Shown piece after piece: positions 40,346 through 52,959 of a stretch of DNA of 64,000 nt. Under the pieces are notes generated by a model. The model had not been told where the DNA came from, searched no databases, and worked only from the letters and a program-made list of their open reading frames with translations. The position numbers and the translations under genes are program-made. The stretch spans positions 62,001 to 126,000 of the forward strand of contig MU619273.1 in NCBI GenBank assembly GCA_025201805.1. Reading direction: 5' to 3'. The stretch comes from Parasitella parasitica NRRL 2501. Taxonomy: Eukaryota > Fungi > Mucoromycota. The stretch's first letter is position 1. Every line of letters begins with the position of its first letter.

Positions 40346-40627
40346 TTTTCTTGAAGAATCGTTATGACTTACTTGTGTTTATGTAATTGACCAAGACTAA
40401 TAGATATTCCACATTTCATATTGGAATGTTGAATATTCAACCGATCCATAACCAATCCATTTGGAAAATGTGCTCACATACTGTGGATGTCTTCTTGAAA
40501 TATCTGTTTGAGCTACATGGGATCAAAACGAATGCTTTGTAGACCATTTTCTTTGTGTGATTGGATAAAGTTGCGTTTGAACAAAATTTTTCTTGATCTT
40601 TTTAATTTACAAAACACAAAAAAAGAG

Positions 40628-41647
40628 ATGGCAGAACTAGTTGGGGAAGATGGTTTTGTCAAAGTGGAACGCTTCAAATATAAACCTATTGCAAGCAATA
40701 AAAAAAAGAATAAAAAGAATGCCAAGTATACATTTAAAGATTCAGACGATTGGAGCATCGATGATATATCATTAAACTTGAAGCAACGCAAGTAAGCAAA
40801 CATTATACGTGGCTCAAGCATGTTATTCATTGCCTACGTATAGAGAAACACTGATCAATAGTCGATTTTACAAAGACTTGTTGGGTACATTATTCCAATG
40901 TTTAGTATAAAAAAAAGCTTGTTAGTAACAAATACATTTAGTGATTTTTGAAGTTCACTTGATGAAAACGAAGCCCCAAGACATCGTATGTTACGGCATA
41001 GGATCCATGCAAAAGTCGAAAAATGCACAGTATCAATTAGTTTTAGCATTGCTACTGCGAGAAATGTTAGAAGTAAGTCGTGTTCCCTACAGATTTACGT
41101 ACCAAGTTTCCTGAATAAACTTGACAGATTACAGGTACCATGTACATCTTTGATCCGGTCATGACAACATTAGACGAAGAACTATGTCAATTGCATAAAG
41201 TAGAAATCATAAAAGAAAATGAAAATGGTAAACGACTTGCCGAGAAACCTACGCTATTTTTCATGCCTCACTGTGGCAGAGGACTATACAGTAATACACT
41301 AAGCGCTAATTGGAATAAGGAACATCTGCCAAATGTTACTATTATCGGTAACAGATTTGACATGTATGTTGGAAGGTAAGCAATACGTACTTGTGGTAAT
41401 TGCAAGTTACTGAAGATCCTTACTTAGTCAACTGGAAAAAGACCTTAGAAGAGAATGCCCATATCTTATCCCTGCTGTTGATATCCTGGATATCGTCTTA
41501 TTTCCCAAAGAATTTGATAATAACCAGATATTCAATGACCTTTCAATTCAAACTTTTCCAAGAGACACTATTGAAAAGTTAGAGCCCGGATTTTGGCTAG
41601 AATTACCAGTAGAAATAGAACTTTGCAAAATAAAGAAAAGCATATAG
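40628..41647 (+). CDS. SRR1-domain protein (SRR1/BER1-like)
   Basis: DIVCYGIGS, AQYQLVLALLL, IFDPVMT, PTLFFMPHCGRGLYSNTL, IIGNRF and IFNDLSIQTF. Confidence 0.88.
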
Positions 41648-41665
41648 AATTTATTTATAAAGTAC

Positions 41666-42696
41666 TTATAACGAGATATCCATTGAATCGCCATCAATTA
41701 CAGTAGTGAACTTTTCAATTGATTCCTTCAACACAGCTGTTGTACCTCTAGGGAAACGATAACTTTGTTCTTTAACTCCACGTTCATTGGGACGACCATA
41801 GTTACGAAGGTAATCAGCATCGTCTTTTGTAATTACGCAAACATCAACATTTGAACCTGATCCAAGGTCGTTAAAGATACCGGCTTCGATAGCCTCCTGA
41901 ACAATGTCAATAGCTTCTTGGCGTTCCATATTGGGCTTCCATTTACTTTCGAATACGCTCATTGCTGCTAAAGAACCTGAGCCCATAGTAACGTAGGGTA
42001 ATTTATCGGTACTGCCGTGAGGATAAACGGTATATAACTGAGGTCCGGTAGCATCAAAACCACCCAGAACAAGAGCAGCACCAATATGACCTTGATACCT
42101 AGTTTCAAATGTCTGTTTAGTCGCTCTATGATTCGATATTTAGTTCATGTAAATACTTTACTTGTACAACATTTGTTTCAATAATGTCATGGCCGTGACA
42201 ACACGAGGCTTTCTACCAGTTGATAAACTATGCAATTCGATTTGAGAGCTAATAAGGTTGGTGGTAAACTCGGTATCTGCAGCAGTACCTGCACCACAAC
42301 AGTAACTATTCCAACGAGTTAATTATCCAAAGGAGACATCCGATTATATCTGCTTACATGTTGGGAGCAATGTAATGGATCTTTTCGCAGTTTTTATCTG
42401 CAACAATAGGGCCTTCAGTAGCTCTAGTATCCGCACCTAAGCAAATGCCATCCTAATACAGCACTTGAGCATCTACTACCACATCCAAATCTTCCCTATC
42501 TCTTACCTTAAAAACAACACCAACAATAGTGGTACCGGTGCTAGTAGCTTTGGGAGGTTTAGCTCCATTACACTCAAGTGCCTTATTTCTAAGAATATGT
42601 CAGATGTTGAAATCCTGGAGAGCCATGCTTCTGGATTTACCTTGAATAGTTTTCAAAGCTAAAGCCACCTTTTCCTAAAGTTGTCTTGGTTGCCAT
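41666..42696 (-). CDS. PUP1: 20S proteasome subunit beta2
   Basis: Propeptide GGFSFENY..., catalytic [28 protein letters not shown] and [13 protein letters not shown]. Confidence 0.96.
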
Positions 42697-42977
42697 GATA
42701 TATAAGAAAATAGTTGAATGTATGTGAAAAACAACAAATGTGTGGTTTGTATTCAGTGAAAAGCAACAGCATGCGTAAGATCGGATTGACGCGTAATTGC
42801 ATCGATGTCACATTGTAGCTCAGTGAGTTCCGGAGCAAGCTTTTATATACATATATGCGAAAGGTCTCACTGTAATGTTGGGCATTGTTGGAGTATAATT
42901 ATATAGAATCCCTTTTTATTTTGCATATTACATGAAATAAGTTCTCAAAAAAAGACATGCAGAAGGTGCAGTAATAG

Positions 42978-44002
42978 CTAATCTTTCAATAGTGCACCAG
43001 CTACAGCTAATTTATCTGCCTTCTCGTTACCATCGTATCCACTATGGCCAGGAACATACGTGAACTTAATGTCTCCTTGTCTGTTTCCAATTAAATTAAC
43101 AATCGGCTCAAACAAATCTCTATTCTGAACTTCTTTTCCATTAGTGCCTCTCCATTCTTTTTTGACCCAATTTTTATACCAAACAGTTGCTGCATTGATA
43201 ACGTATTGAGAATCAGTTCTAATTTCTAATGGTTCACTGCTATTTTTTGTTTGATCTAAAACATGCAGTACAGCCATTGCTTCAGCTCTTTGGTTCGTTT
43301 GTCGCTCGCCCTTCAACCTAGCGCTCACGTTGCGGGGATCATTGTCCCCCCAATACACACCGTAACCAGCGCGGGCACATGATTTGCCATTGTTTGACGA
43401 AGCACCATCCGTGTACACAATTGTGTAAGGTTTTTTTTTTAGCTGACTAGATTTGCGGCGTAGCCCTGTGTTTTGCGATTTTTTAGGTCTTGCGTTATCC
43501 GCGGTGAGCTCTTCACGATTTCTCTTCAGGCCTACCAAAGGCGAAGGTTTTAAAGGTTGATTAAAGTCATCGGCGGCTCCGCGACTGAACTGTTTGAATA
43601 TGTTTACTCTTGTTGCTTGAAAATGTGGCACTGGCTCTGGAAGTTTAAAGCTGCCGGTTGGATTACCCAATTTCACGAATGCTTCGGCTTCTGTTAGTGT
43701 TGGAAATTTTTTGAATTGAGCCTTACTAACTCCTTTGACTTGTGCTTGGCAATCAGGCCATGTATTGTAAACGCCAGGCTTTTTTCCAACCTTTACTGCG
43801 TAGTAAGCTTTAGAACCCATTGTGGCAGATATATATCGTCTTGTTGCAAATCCAAAAATGATAGATATTGTATAAAACTGAAGAAAGGTAGGGATGCAAA
43901 GTTTCAGGTAACTTTTTACACCTCGCGGTGATTAATTTGGCCTCTAGTCGTAGTCCAATGTCCGAGGACCACAACAGCCATCTTGAGCAAGAATGGTGGC
44001 AT
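42978..44002 (-). CDS. RNH1: Ribonuclease H1 (hybrid-binding domain + RNase H) with a predicted spliced N-terminal extension
   Basis: YYAVKVGKKPGVYNTWPDC (HBD), VYTDGASSNNG, QTNQRAE, IRTDSQY and GHSGYDGNEKADKLA. An upstream exon from ATG 44002 splices in frame; the core ORF starts at 43820. Confidence 0.92.
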
Positions 44003-45333
44003 GTTAACGATAATACTTGATGAAAACATTCTGTTGAGGCCAAGAATAAAAAAGAATATATGCAATGCTTAGGACATGGAGAGTTACCTAGCTCTTTAAA
44101 GTATTTTTTTTAGTGTGCTGGGATATAGAGTGAAAACACGTGAGTAGATGGCAAATTTTTCTTGAGGTTTATTGCTATTTGCACCATCTTAGGATTTAAT
44201 ATTTGAGGCTATTAAAAACATAAACCGGGGTGAAATAGATATACAGCGCCTGCGGCCTGTAGACAGACTGCCTTCATAGTTGAAAATGAGTTTCAACTTT
44301 TCTGCTAACATAGGAAATTACTTTGGTAGAATCGTACTGCAAGGAAGGCATATATACAGTAATTAGTCGTTTCAAGCGTTCGTGATGGTGTAAATAGTAC
44401 TTGTGATGGTGCGAAAAATGGTTAACGTATATAAAACGTAAGATATGAAACGTGAAACCAACAATTATTGGAAACAGTCGAACATTAACATCGAGTAACC
44501 CATTGTCATGCATAATCTCTACAACACAGCGAGAAAAAATCAAGTGTGTGTGCGTGCAAAAAGAATGCAATAAAATGTCATAATATCTGATTGCACACTT
44601 TAAATAATAGTACATGAATACAGAGTAGAGTCCAATTACGTTACAAACAAAAAGCTTATGTACGTAGATTACAACTGTTAGCTACATCAAGCAAACGTTT
44701 ACGGAAGTACATAGATGGTGAAATTGATAGATAGCATTTACTTTGCACAGCATCTCGGCTATAGATTTTGCATCTAGATATTTCCAAAGTTGTCCATGAG
44801 AATTATAAAAACCTTGTATGATAATGACTGTACAGTAGTACAACGGGAAAAATATTATGAGTGGATGTAAATATGCGTTTATTTACAAAAATTCAGTTGA
44901 ATGTTATTTAGCTGTTTATGGTATAAACATTGTGCAAGCTATACCAAACATTGGCATGGCGCCCCAAACTTATTTTATCATATATCAAACAGCACTGGTT
45001 TACTTACCTATCCACTGTGCGATGGTTTACTAGTTTAGTGATGAATGGCATTAGACATTTCAATCCCCTTACCCACCACATTTACATTGAGAAGCTGCAT
45101 CACGCAATTGGTTTCAAGTATTGCGATGGGAAGTCTGAAACGCCAGCTATATAATGATATAGTAATAATAGACGTCATTTTTCGTTTTTCCCGGATGCTA
45201 ATTTGAGTTGACAAATTTCGCGGACACTAATACATCATGATCTATTCAAGATGTTCGTGACGCTCGATGAACAGCTATAAAAAGGCGTTACAAGGTCCTC
45301 GTATAACTTTGTAATATTTTTCAACTTGTGATC

Positions 45334-46554
45334 ATGTCTAATCAATCAGTTATTACTCTGTAAGTGTTTCCATGGCGCCTCACATATCAAATCTGTATAC
45401 AACTAACGCAGCGTATACAGTAACACCGGAAAGCCTATTCCTGCTCTTGGTTTTGGTACTTGGCAGAGCAAGCCATCTGAAGTCTATGATGCCGTTCTCA
45501 CCGCACTCGATACTGGGTAAGTAATGACTGAGTTGAGGTTTTATGAGTGTTCTCTTATGTGATATGGTGAGTGTAGATACAGACACATAGATGCAGCTTT
45601 TATTTGTAAGTTTATTGTCGGGAGGAGTCATTGTTTGCATAAAAATTTGACACTTTGTAAACAGATGGCAACGAAAAAGAAGTTGGTAAAGCCATCAGAG
45701 ATTCTAAGGTTCCTCGTGAAGATCTTTTCATCACAACAAAGCTGTGGAATACCTTTCATCGTCCTGAAGATGTTGCGGAAGCCCTCCAAAAGTCTCTCGA
45801 TAACCTTGGTTTAGACTATGTTGACTTGTACTTGATGCATTGGCCCGTCGCTTTCAAGCCGGGACAAGACCTCATTCCAAAAGATAAGGATGGAAAGATT
45901 CTCTTTGACGAGACAGACTTTACCAAAACATATGCTGTAAGTTGATAACACTGGCGACCTGGGAAACATCGAGATATTGATAACGGTTATCTAGGCCATG
46001 GAGAGGCTTGACAAGAACAAAGCCCGTGCTATTGGCGTTAGCAACTTCAACTTGAACAAGCTGGAAAAGCTTGCTAAAATCCAAAAGATTGTTCCTGCTG
46101 CTAATCAAGTTGAGCTACACCCTTTATTACCTCAAGATGATTTAATCAAGTACTGTAAGGATCACGGAATTTTGGGTAAATATTGCATAGTATGTACCAC
46201 AAAACGATCTGATCAGTAACTTTTCTATTTCGTACAGTTACTGCTTATTCTCCCCTGGGCAGTACCAATTCTCCCTTGTTCAAGGATGAAACTGTTGTCA
46301 AGATTGCTGAGAAGTACAATGTGTCTCCTGCACAAATTCTTATTTCTTGGGGTCTTAAGCGTGGTTACTCTGTGATCCCCAAGAGTGTCACTCCTTCCCG
46401 TATTAAATCCAACTTTCAAACAGTCGAGCTCAAGGACGAAGATTTTGAAAATTTGAATCAAGTTGTCAAGGCGGAAAAGGCCACGAGATTAGTTGATCCT
46501 TTCAACTTTTGGGGTGTTGATGTTTTCGACGAACATAACCAAAGTTGTTTGTAA
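45334..46554 (+). CDS. Aldo/keto reductase
   Basis: [46 protein letters not shown] and [11 protein letters not shown]; TATAAAA near 45276. Confidence 0.95.
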
Positions 46555-47499
46555 AATAAATTGCTACATATTCTTTGTACACTAAACACTATTTGGGATA
46601 TCCGAGTTTTTATATAGTATTGCTTTTCTTGTTAACACGGCTAAAGAAAACCCCAAAGTTTCGTGAGTTTTATGGGCATACTGTCACAAGAGAAAGTATG
46701 CTCATTACTTATCATAATTTGCAACACGTCAAAGATTTCAATGGATCAAGTGTATTGGTATGCTTTAGAGCGAACGTGCCACCTGTATTTGTTTACAAAT
46801 TTTTTCAGGATAGGCAGTTATGGCCTCCCCCCCCCACCCCCTCGTTATCAACATCACGATTTGAATATCTTAATTTGGGGCTGTAGATAGTGGAGTGTCT
46901 GATTTTGCGGGAAAGAAAAGAAGGGGTACAAGTTTATGTAAATCTAGAAAAGGAATCTAAGAGTGTGATGATTTTTCGCTATATGTGTCTGAATACATTG
47001 AAGGAGATTGTCCACACAAAACAAGCAAACATGAAAACAGAATTATGCTGATCTCCCTCCCATTTGCGCCTCCCTTCTTTCACGACCCCTCTTTCTAACC
47101 ACCAATGACATTCATGTGTGTACCGTGATATTCATCATATTATGCAAGGATAACATTTACAATCATATTAGATCATAAAGTGCTCTGCGTTGTATCAAAG
47201 ATTGATCAAGTGGCACGGAGTAACAGTTCCTCAAGACTAATTTCTTTGATTGATACAGCATATAACCACCTTAATTATAGCGAGTATTTGTTTAATTTCT
47301 TTCTCAAATTTTTCCTTTCCTTTCCTTTCCTTTCTTTCTCTTTCTCCTTCTCTTTCTTTTTTATTCATAAAAACAAATCAAAAAAAAAACTTCAAAAAAA
47401 AAACACACATCTAATACGGTGCATACTACATTCGTTTGATTTAATCTATTTCTCGTCCCTCTTTGTTATATATAACCACTCATCACAGCATATTAAAAA

Positions 47500-48635
47500 A
47501 TGGGACAAATCATATCATCCTTGAATCTCCGCGGCAATGATTCAATTGTGCCTGAAATAAACTTCGATATAGAAAGTAAGTAGACACCAAAAAAGAACAA
47601 TGAATGTTACGCTTACGAAGAAAATACATAGATGCCACACCTTTGTCAGATGAAATGGGAGTGTACGAGGAGCTTTACAAATTACTAGTAGAACCCAACT
47701 CAAACATGTTAGAAACTATCAAAAATCTTAAACCTGCTTCAGACGAAATTCGAAACGCAATAGCGACACCAAACGAGGATACTGAAAACAAAGCACGGGA
47801 AGCTGTTTTACCTACTGTAAAGGCTTTGCACGAAATCTACAAATATTCTTCCGAGTTGGGTAATAAGGAGCTAATCGTGACAAATTTGCGTTTTTATTGA
47901 TTTCTTGTAATGTGATGTATAGAACATGGTATTCCTAAGCTCCTCGAAAATGTTCTATGCCAAGAGGGCGATAAAACAAAAGACCTTGAAAGACATCCGG
48001 GATTGACAAAGATATTTGCTGAAGTGCTTGACTTTGTATTTGAATTTGATTATGAAAAGATTAAAAACCCAGCGATGCAAAATGCTTTCTCGTATTATCG
48101 AAGACTTTTGCAAACAGGAAGAGCAGAGTCCGCACTGACCCCCATATCACCAAAAGAAGAGCAACCAGAGCATTTAGCTGTAATTGGAGATGATTTGAGT
48201 AATCAGATTTCATTGTTCATTGCATCTCATACACCCTTGCTGAAGAGTGTGATTGATACAACTACAGAGTATGTCAAATCCAAGCATCTTGTGAAATATA
48301 CCAGCGAATGGTTAGCCAGTATCTGGGCTGCATGTCTTCATACGCTGAATTCAAACCACAAGAAATCAAACAATGGCTCAGTAGATACATTTTACTTGAA
48401 AGTCATGGTAGTATCCATCATACTTTATGATCATATCGATCCAAACGGTGCATTTGCTAAAACCTCGCCAATCGATATAAAAGGTTCACTGAAAATAATT
48501 CAATCTGTAAACCAAGCCAACCAGCAAGAACAATGCAGCATATCTAACCTTGTCAGTGCTTTGAAATACAATTCAAAGCATTTGTATGATGAATCTACAC
48601 CAAAAGGAATAAAGAACTTTGTCATGGCCATTTAA
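47500..48635 (+). CDS. CYRI/FAM49 (DUF1394) Rac-interactor homolog
   Basis: MGQIISSL (Gly2), INFDIENATP, IFAEVLDFVFEFD, PAMQNAFSYYRR and LKVMVVSIILYDHIDPNGAFAKTSPIDIK. Confidence 0.88.
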
Positions 48636-48736
48636 AAACGGACCATTCCGATTATTTGTTTGTGTATTTTATGTATATAATAAAATAAGCTTTATTCCAC
48701 ATGAATTGAGCTCTTTTTTATGATCTACTACTCATC

Positions 48737-49631
48737 ATGGACGATACCAAAAGTGACATTACAAAACCAAAACCATACTTGGGACTAACTCTATCTCGAT
48801 GGGTTATTCTGTTATCAAGCTGTCTAGTACTGTGATAATGATGCACGCTTAAAGTTGAATACAAGAGATTAAATAATCCGTTTTACATAGCTTCTTTCAT
48901 ATGGCTCCATTGCTCTAATAGCTGCCCTAACTACATATGTAAAAAGCTACAAAAAGGCTACCATTATTACCATTGTGAACAAGGATTTATTGAGTTGTAA
49001 GTCTCATCTCTTGGATTCAAATGTATGCATTTCTAAATTTGCTATAGCCATATTTTGTGCATCCTCCTTTTGCGTGATCGCTGCAGTTATTGGTATCTTG
49101 GCTGTGATAAGAAAAGACAGGCACTTTTTAGCATGTCATACATTGTTGCTCTGGCCATGCCTTGCACTTTTAGCAACAGTTGCCTATCTTGCATACGGAG
49201 AAACAACATGGGATTTAAAGACACAGCTTGGCATGCAATGGCGATACGATTTCACGGCAGATGAGCATTATCAATTGCAAGAAAATCTACGATGCTGCGG
49301 CTTTGAGAACTCGTCAGACCATGCCAAATACAAATCAAACTGCTCCCAAGAGTCGCTTCTGCAAGGCTGTCATGAGAAATTGTTCTCATTTGAATCTGCT
49401 TTCTTAGCCAAAGTATACTCGATATGTTTCGGATTGATCCCAATTCACATGTTGGTTATCGTTGTGGCCTTGATCTACTCTCGCCCATCTACTCCCGGCC
49501 GCTATTATGCTAAGCCAACGCTAGTATCTATTAGATCTCCATCACTCAAGGATGAATATGTTCCTCATAGTCATGACGCTTCAAGTAAGCCTACTCATCA
49601 TTGCTTGGCCTGTGAAAACTGGACATTTTAA
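48737..49631 (+). CDS. Tetraspanin-like membrane protein (fungal Tsp2-like)
   Basis: Four hydrophobic segments; LQENLRCCGF...C...GC in the large extracellular loop. Confidence 0.75.
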
Positions 49632-50103
49632 ATAAAATTTGGGAGTTCAAATTCAAGCACGAGGACGAGGACGATCCAATCATGACAATCATTGGGCTTG
49701 AAGCTACAGTCTTTTTTTTTTTTTTTTGTTCTCCTCTTTCTCGACATCCTTCCCCTCTTTTCTCTCTTATTCCTCTTTTCTCTTCTTCATTTTCTTTGTT
49801 GTTGTGCAAAAAGGAAATTTATACACATATATTTTCATTAATCTAAATACGCCCAAAACAATCAAATCGATTTCCTTCTTTTCTCAATACAGGTAGAAAA
49901 CGCATTAATGAATGTAGATCTTAATGGAGAGACTAACGATTTTTCGATTTTTTTTTTTCTCTCTTCCATCTTGTTCATAACTGTGCACTTTTTATTAACC
50001 TCGTGTTTCTGACCTGGCAACAAACGTGCTATCTCTTTTTATTGTCATACCTTAATTTTAACATCCAATCATTTGTAATCAGATTTCACTTAAAGCCGAA
50101 AAG

Positions 50104-50996
50104 ATGATGCTCTATAAACTCGTTGTGCTTGGCGATGGTGGTGTTGGCAAGGTAAAGCATTGAAAAGAAATCGTAGTTTGATACACAAGTTGCTTAACAA
50201 ACTCCTTTATACATCAAACTATATAGACTGCTCTGACTATTCAGGTATATATTATTTAAACATTTTACATGATACGGTTGTGAATGAAATTTAACTTTTC
50301 ATACCACACTCCAGCTCTGTCTCAATCACTTTGTCGGTATGTGCTTTATTTCGTTACGCCCTCGATAAATTAGACTAACCACTTTTTATTACTTTTTGTA
50401 GAGGTACTAATACAGTTTGATAAATTCCTTGTATTTGTCACTAAAAAAGCTACTCTAGACTTATGATCCTACTATTGAGGATTCGTACCGCAAACAAGTT
50501 GTTATCGACGATCAGCCATGTGTACTCGAAGTATTAGATACAGCTGGACAGGAAGAATATACTGCATTGAGAGACCAATGGATTAGGTAACATGTCACAT
50601 ATTGGCAAGAAATTTCGATACTAAAATCAAAACATCAGAGATGGTGAAGGCTTTTTGTTAGTATACTCGATTGCTTCTCGCTCGACTTTTGAACGCATTG
50701 AGCGCTTTCGTAATCAGATCTTCAGAGTGAAGGATCTTGATAACGTACCTATGATGTTGGTTGGAAATAAATGTGATAAAGTGACAGAAAGAGAAGTTAC
50801 ACGAGAAGAAGGATCTGCGATGGCTAAGCAACTAGCTTGCGATTTCATTGAAACTTCAGCAAAGACCTGTGTCAATGTTGAAAGATCATTTTATCAAGTT
50901 GTCAAAGCTATCAGAGCTCAGCGCGAAGGATCAAAACCTGGTGGACCCAAAGGAAAGAGTAAGAAGGAGAAGAAGAGTAAATGTTTAATCTTGTAA
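50104..50996 (+). CDS. ras2: Ras GTPase (fungal Ras2-type)
   Basis: [59 protein letters not shown], polybasic tail and CAAX (CLIL). Includes 18-, 22- and 2-nt exons. Confidence 0.93.
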
Positions 50997-51719
50997 ATCC
51001 TGCATCCCAACCCAACCCCTCCATTCATCCCTTTCTTTTTATTCTACTCTTACCTGCTTATTCTTATTAACTAAATTTTATAAATTGTTATCAGTTGATT
51101 ACTACCATAATAATTGTAAAATGTCTCGCACCTTTTACCGCCATGTACTGTTTATCTCCTTTTTTTTTTGGAAAAATAAAATATCATACAAAAATGATCG
51201 AGTTCTCACATTTGGACGTCGATTGTGTCAATAAAAAATCATGCATCATTGTTTACATAAACCAAATAAATCATTGCTGTGGGGTAGTAAACGTTCAGCA
51301 TTCAACGCCTCCTCCATAAAAAGTTTGAAGGCGAAGCATTACTAACAGGAACAAACAGGAGTATTTTTTTGTGATTTTTTTCAGTAAATACTTGGATGTC
51401 TAAATTAATTGAATGCTTAAAAATAAAAGTATCGGAGCTTAAACTTGTAAGTGGTGAATGTAGCCCCTGTCTATGCCATCTTTTGATTTTGTGTAGCATC
51501 TAGTGTCTTCAAATAGTAAACTTTACCGAAGTATAAGAATATAGGTAATAGATGAACAAATAGCTTTGCTTTTTTTTTAAAAAAAAATTTATATCAAAAA
51601 TTGAAAAATCTTTAGAGTTTGTATTGATATCCTTGCAGTACTATTGTCAATAAGTCTTATTATTGGTATCGATTGAGTAAAATTAAGCAATTGAACATAT
51701 TGCAATATGTAATCATGGA

Positions 51720-52096
51720 TCTAATTAACGTATTCAGTTCCCAGAGATACAAAGACTTTCTAATCGACTTTTTTTGACGAGCAGCTCTTAGCAACTAGGG
51801 AAGACCAAACCGCACAATTCGTAGGGTTACCTTAAATAGTTCATGGTTTGGCAAGTTTATCAAGAATGATTGCAATTTGGCAGTAAAGCGAACGACTCGT
51901 CATCCTTTGAACAGATACCGTGAAGCTACATTCATCAAAATAAGGAGTAGGTTGAGAAGTAAACTCAAGCAGACATAGGTTGCAAGAGCAACTGCATATT
52001 TGTCAGCCAACTTTTATCTCATACTTGTCTCATACCAATATGAAGTTAAGAAAAGTAGGATCAACCACAAGAATTCCGGTCGTTGTTACAAGATTA
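51720..52096 (+). mobile_element. Tc1/mariner (IS630-like) transposase relic, running into a gap
   Basis: Broken frames read DFLIDFFDEQLLATRED, FIKNDCNLAVKRTTRHP and E*VEK*TQADIGCKSNCIFV, as in the HTH-to-first-Asp region of Mucorales Tc1-like transposases. Confidence 0.75.
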
Positions 52097-52861
52097 NNNN
52101 NNNNNNNNNNNNNNNNNNNNNNNNNNNNNNNNNNNNNNNNNNNNNNNNNNNNNNNNNNNNNNNNNNNNNNNNNNNNNNNNNNNNNNNNNNNNNNNNNNNN
52201 NNNNNNNNNNNNNNNNNNNNNNNNNNNNNNNNNNNNNNNNNNNNNNNNNNNNNNNNNNNNNNNNNNNNNNNNNNNNNNNNNNNNNNNNNNNNNNNNNNNN
52301 NNNNNNNNNNNNNNNNNNNNNNNNNNNNNNNNNNNNNNNNNNNNNNNNNNNNNNNNNNNNNNNNNNNNNNNNNNNNNNNNNNNNNNNNNNNNNNNNNNNN
52401 NNNNNNNNNNNNNNNNNNNNNNNNNNNNNNNNNNNNNNNNNNNNNNNNNNNNNNNNNNNNNNNNNNNNNNNNNNNNNNNNNNNNNNNNNNNNNNNNNNNN
52501 NNNNNNNNNNNNNNNNNNNNNNNNNNNNNNNNNNNNNNNNNNNNNNNNNNNNNNNNNNNNNNNNNNNNNNNNNNNNNNNNNNNNNNNNNNNNNNNNNNNN
52601 NNNNNNNNNNNNNNNNNNNNNNNNNNNNNNNNNNNNNNNNNNNNNNNNNNNNNNNNNNNNNNNNNNNNNNNNNNNNNNNNNNNNNNNNNNNNNNNNNNNN
52701 NNNNNNNNNNNNNNNNNNNNNNNNNNNNNNNNNNNNNNNNNNNNNNNNNNNNNNNNNNNNNNNNNNNNNNNNNNNNNNNNNNNNNNNNNNNNNNNNNNNN
52801 NNNNNNNNNNNNNNNNNNNNNNNNNNNNNNNNNNNNNNNNNNNNNNNNNNNNNNNNNNNNN
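52097..52861. other. Assembly gap (N run)
   Basis: 765 Ns. Confidence 1.
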
Positions 52862-52959
52862 AAAAAAAAAAAAAAAAAAAATAGTGGTGATGGTCCTTTC
52901 AAATTACCTTTCTTTCACCTATTCAAGTTTACTTTGAATACACTCATCTTATCTCCACA

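Noticed and set aside
42814-42845. tRNA-like GTAGCTCAGTG
   Set aside because: No T-arm (GTTCRA) at the right distance and no cloverleaf.
20753-44002. A single DNA-repair gene cluster (DUF262, ZGRF1, OGG1, FHA kinase, RNase H1)
   Set aside because: Interspersed with unrelated housekeeping genes; only the head-to-head pairs are reported.
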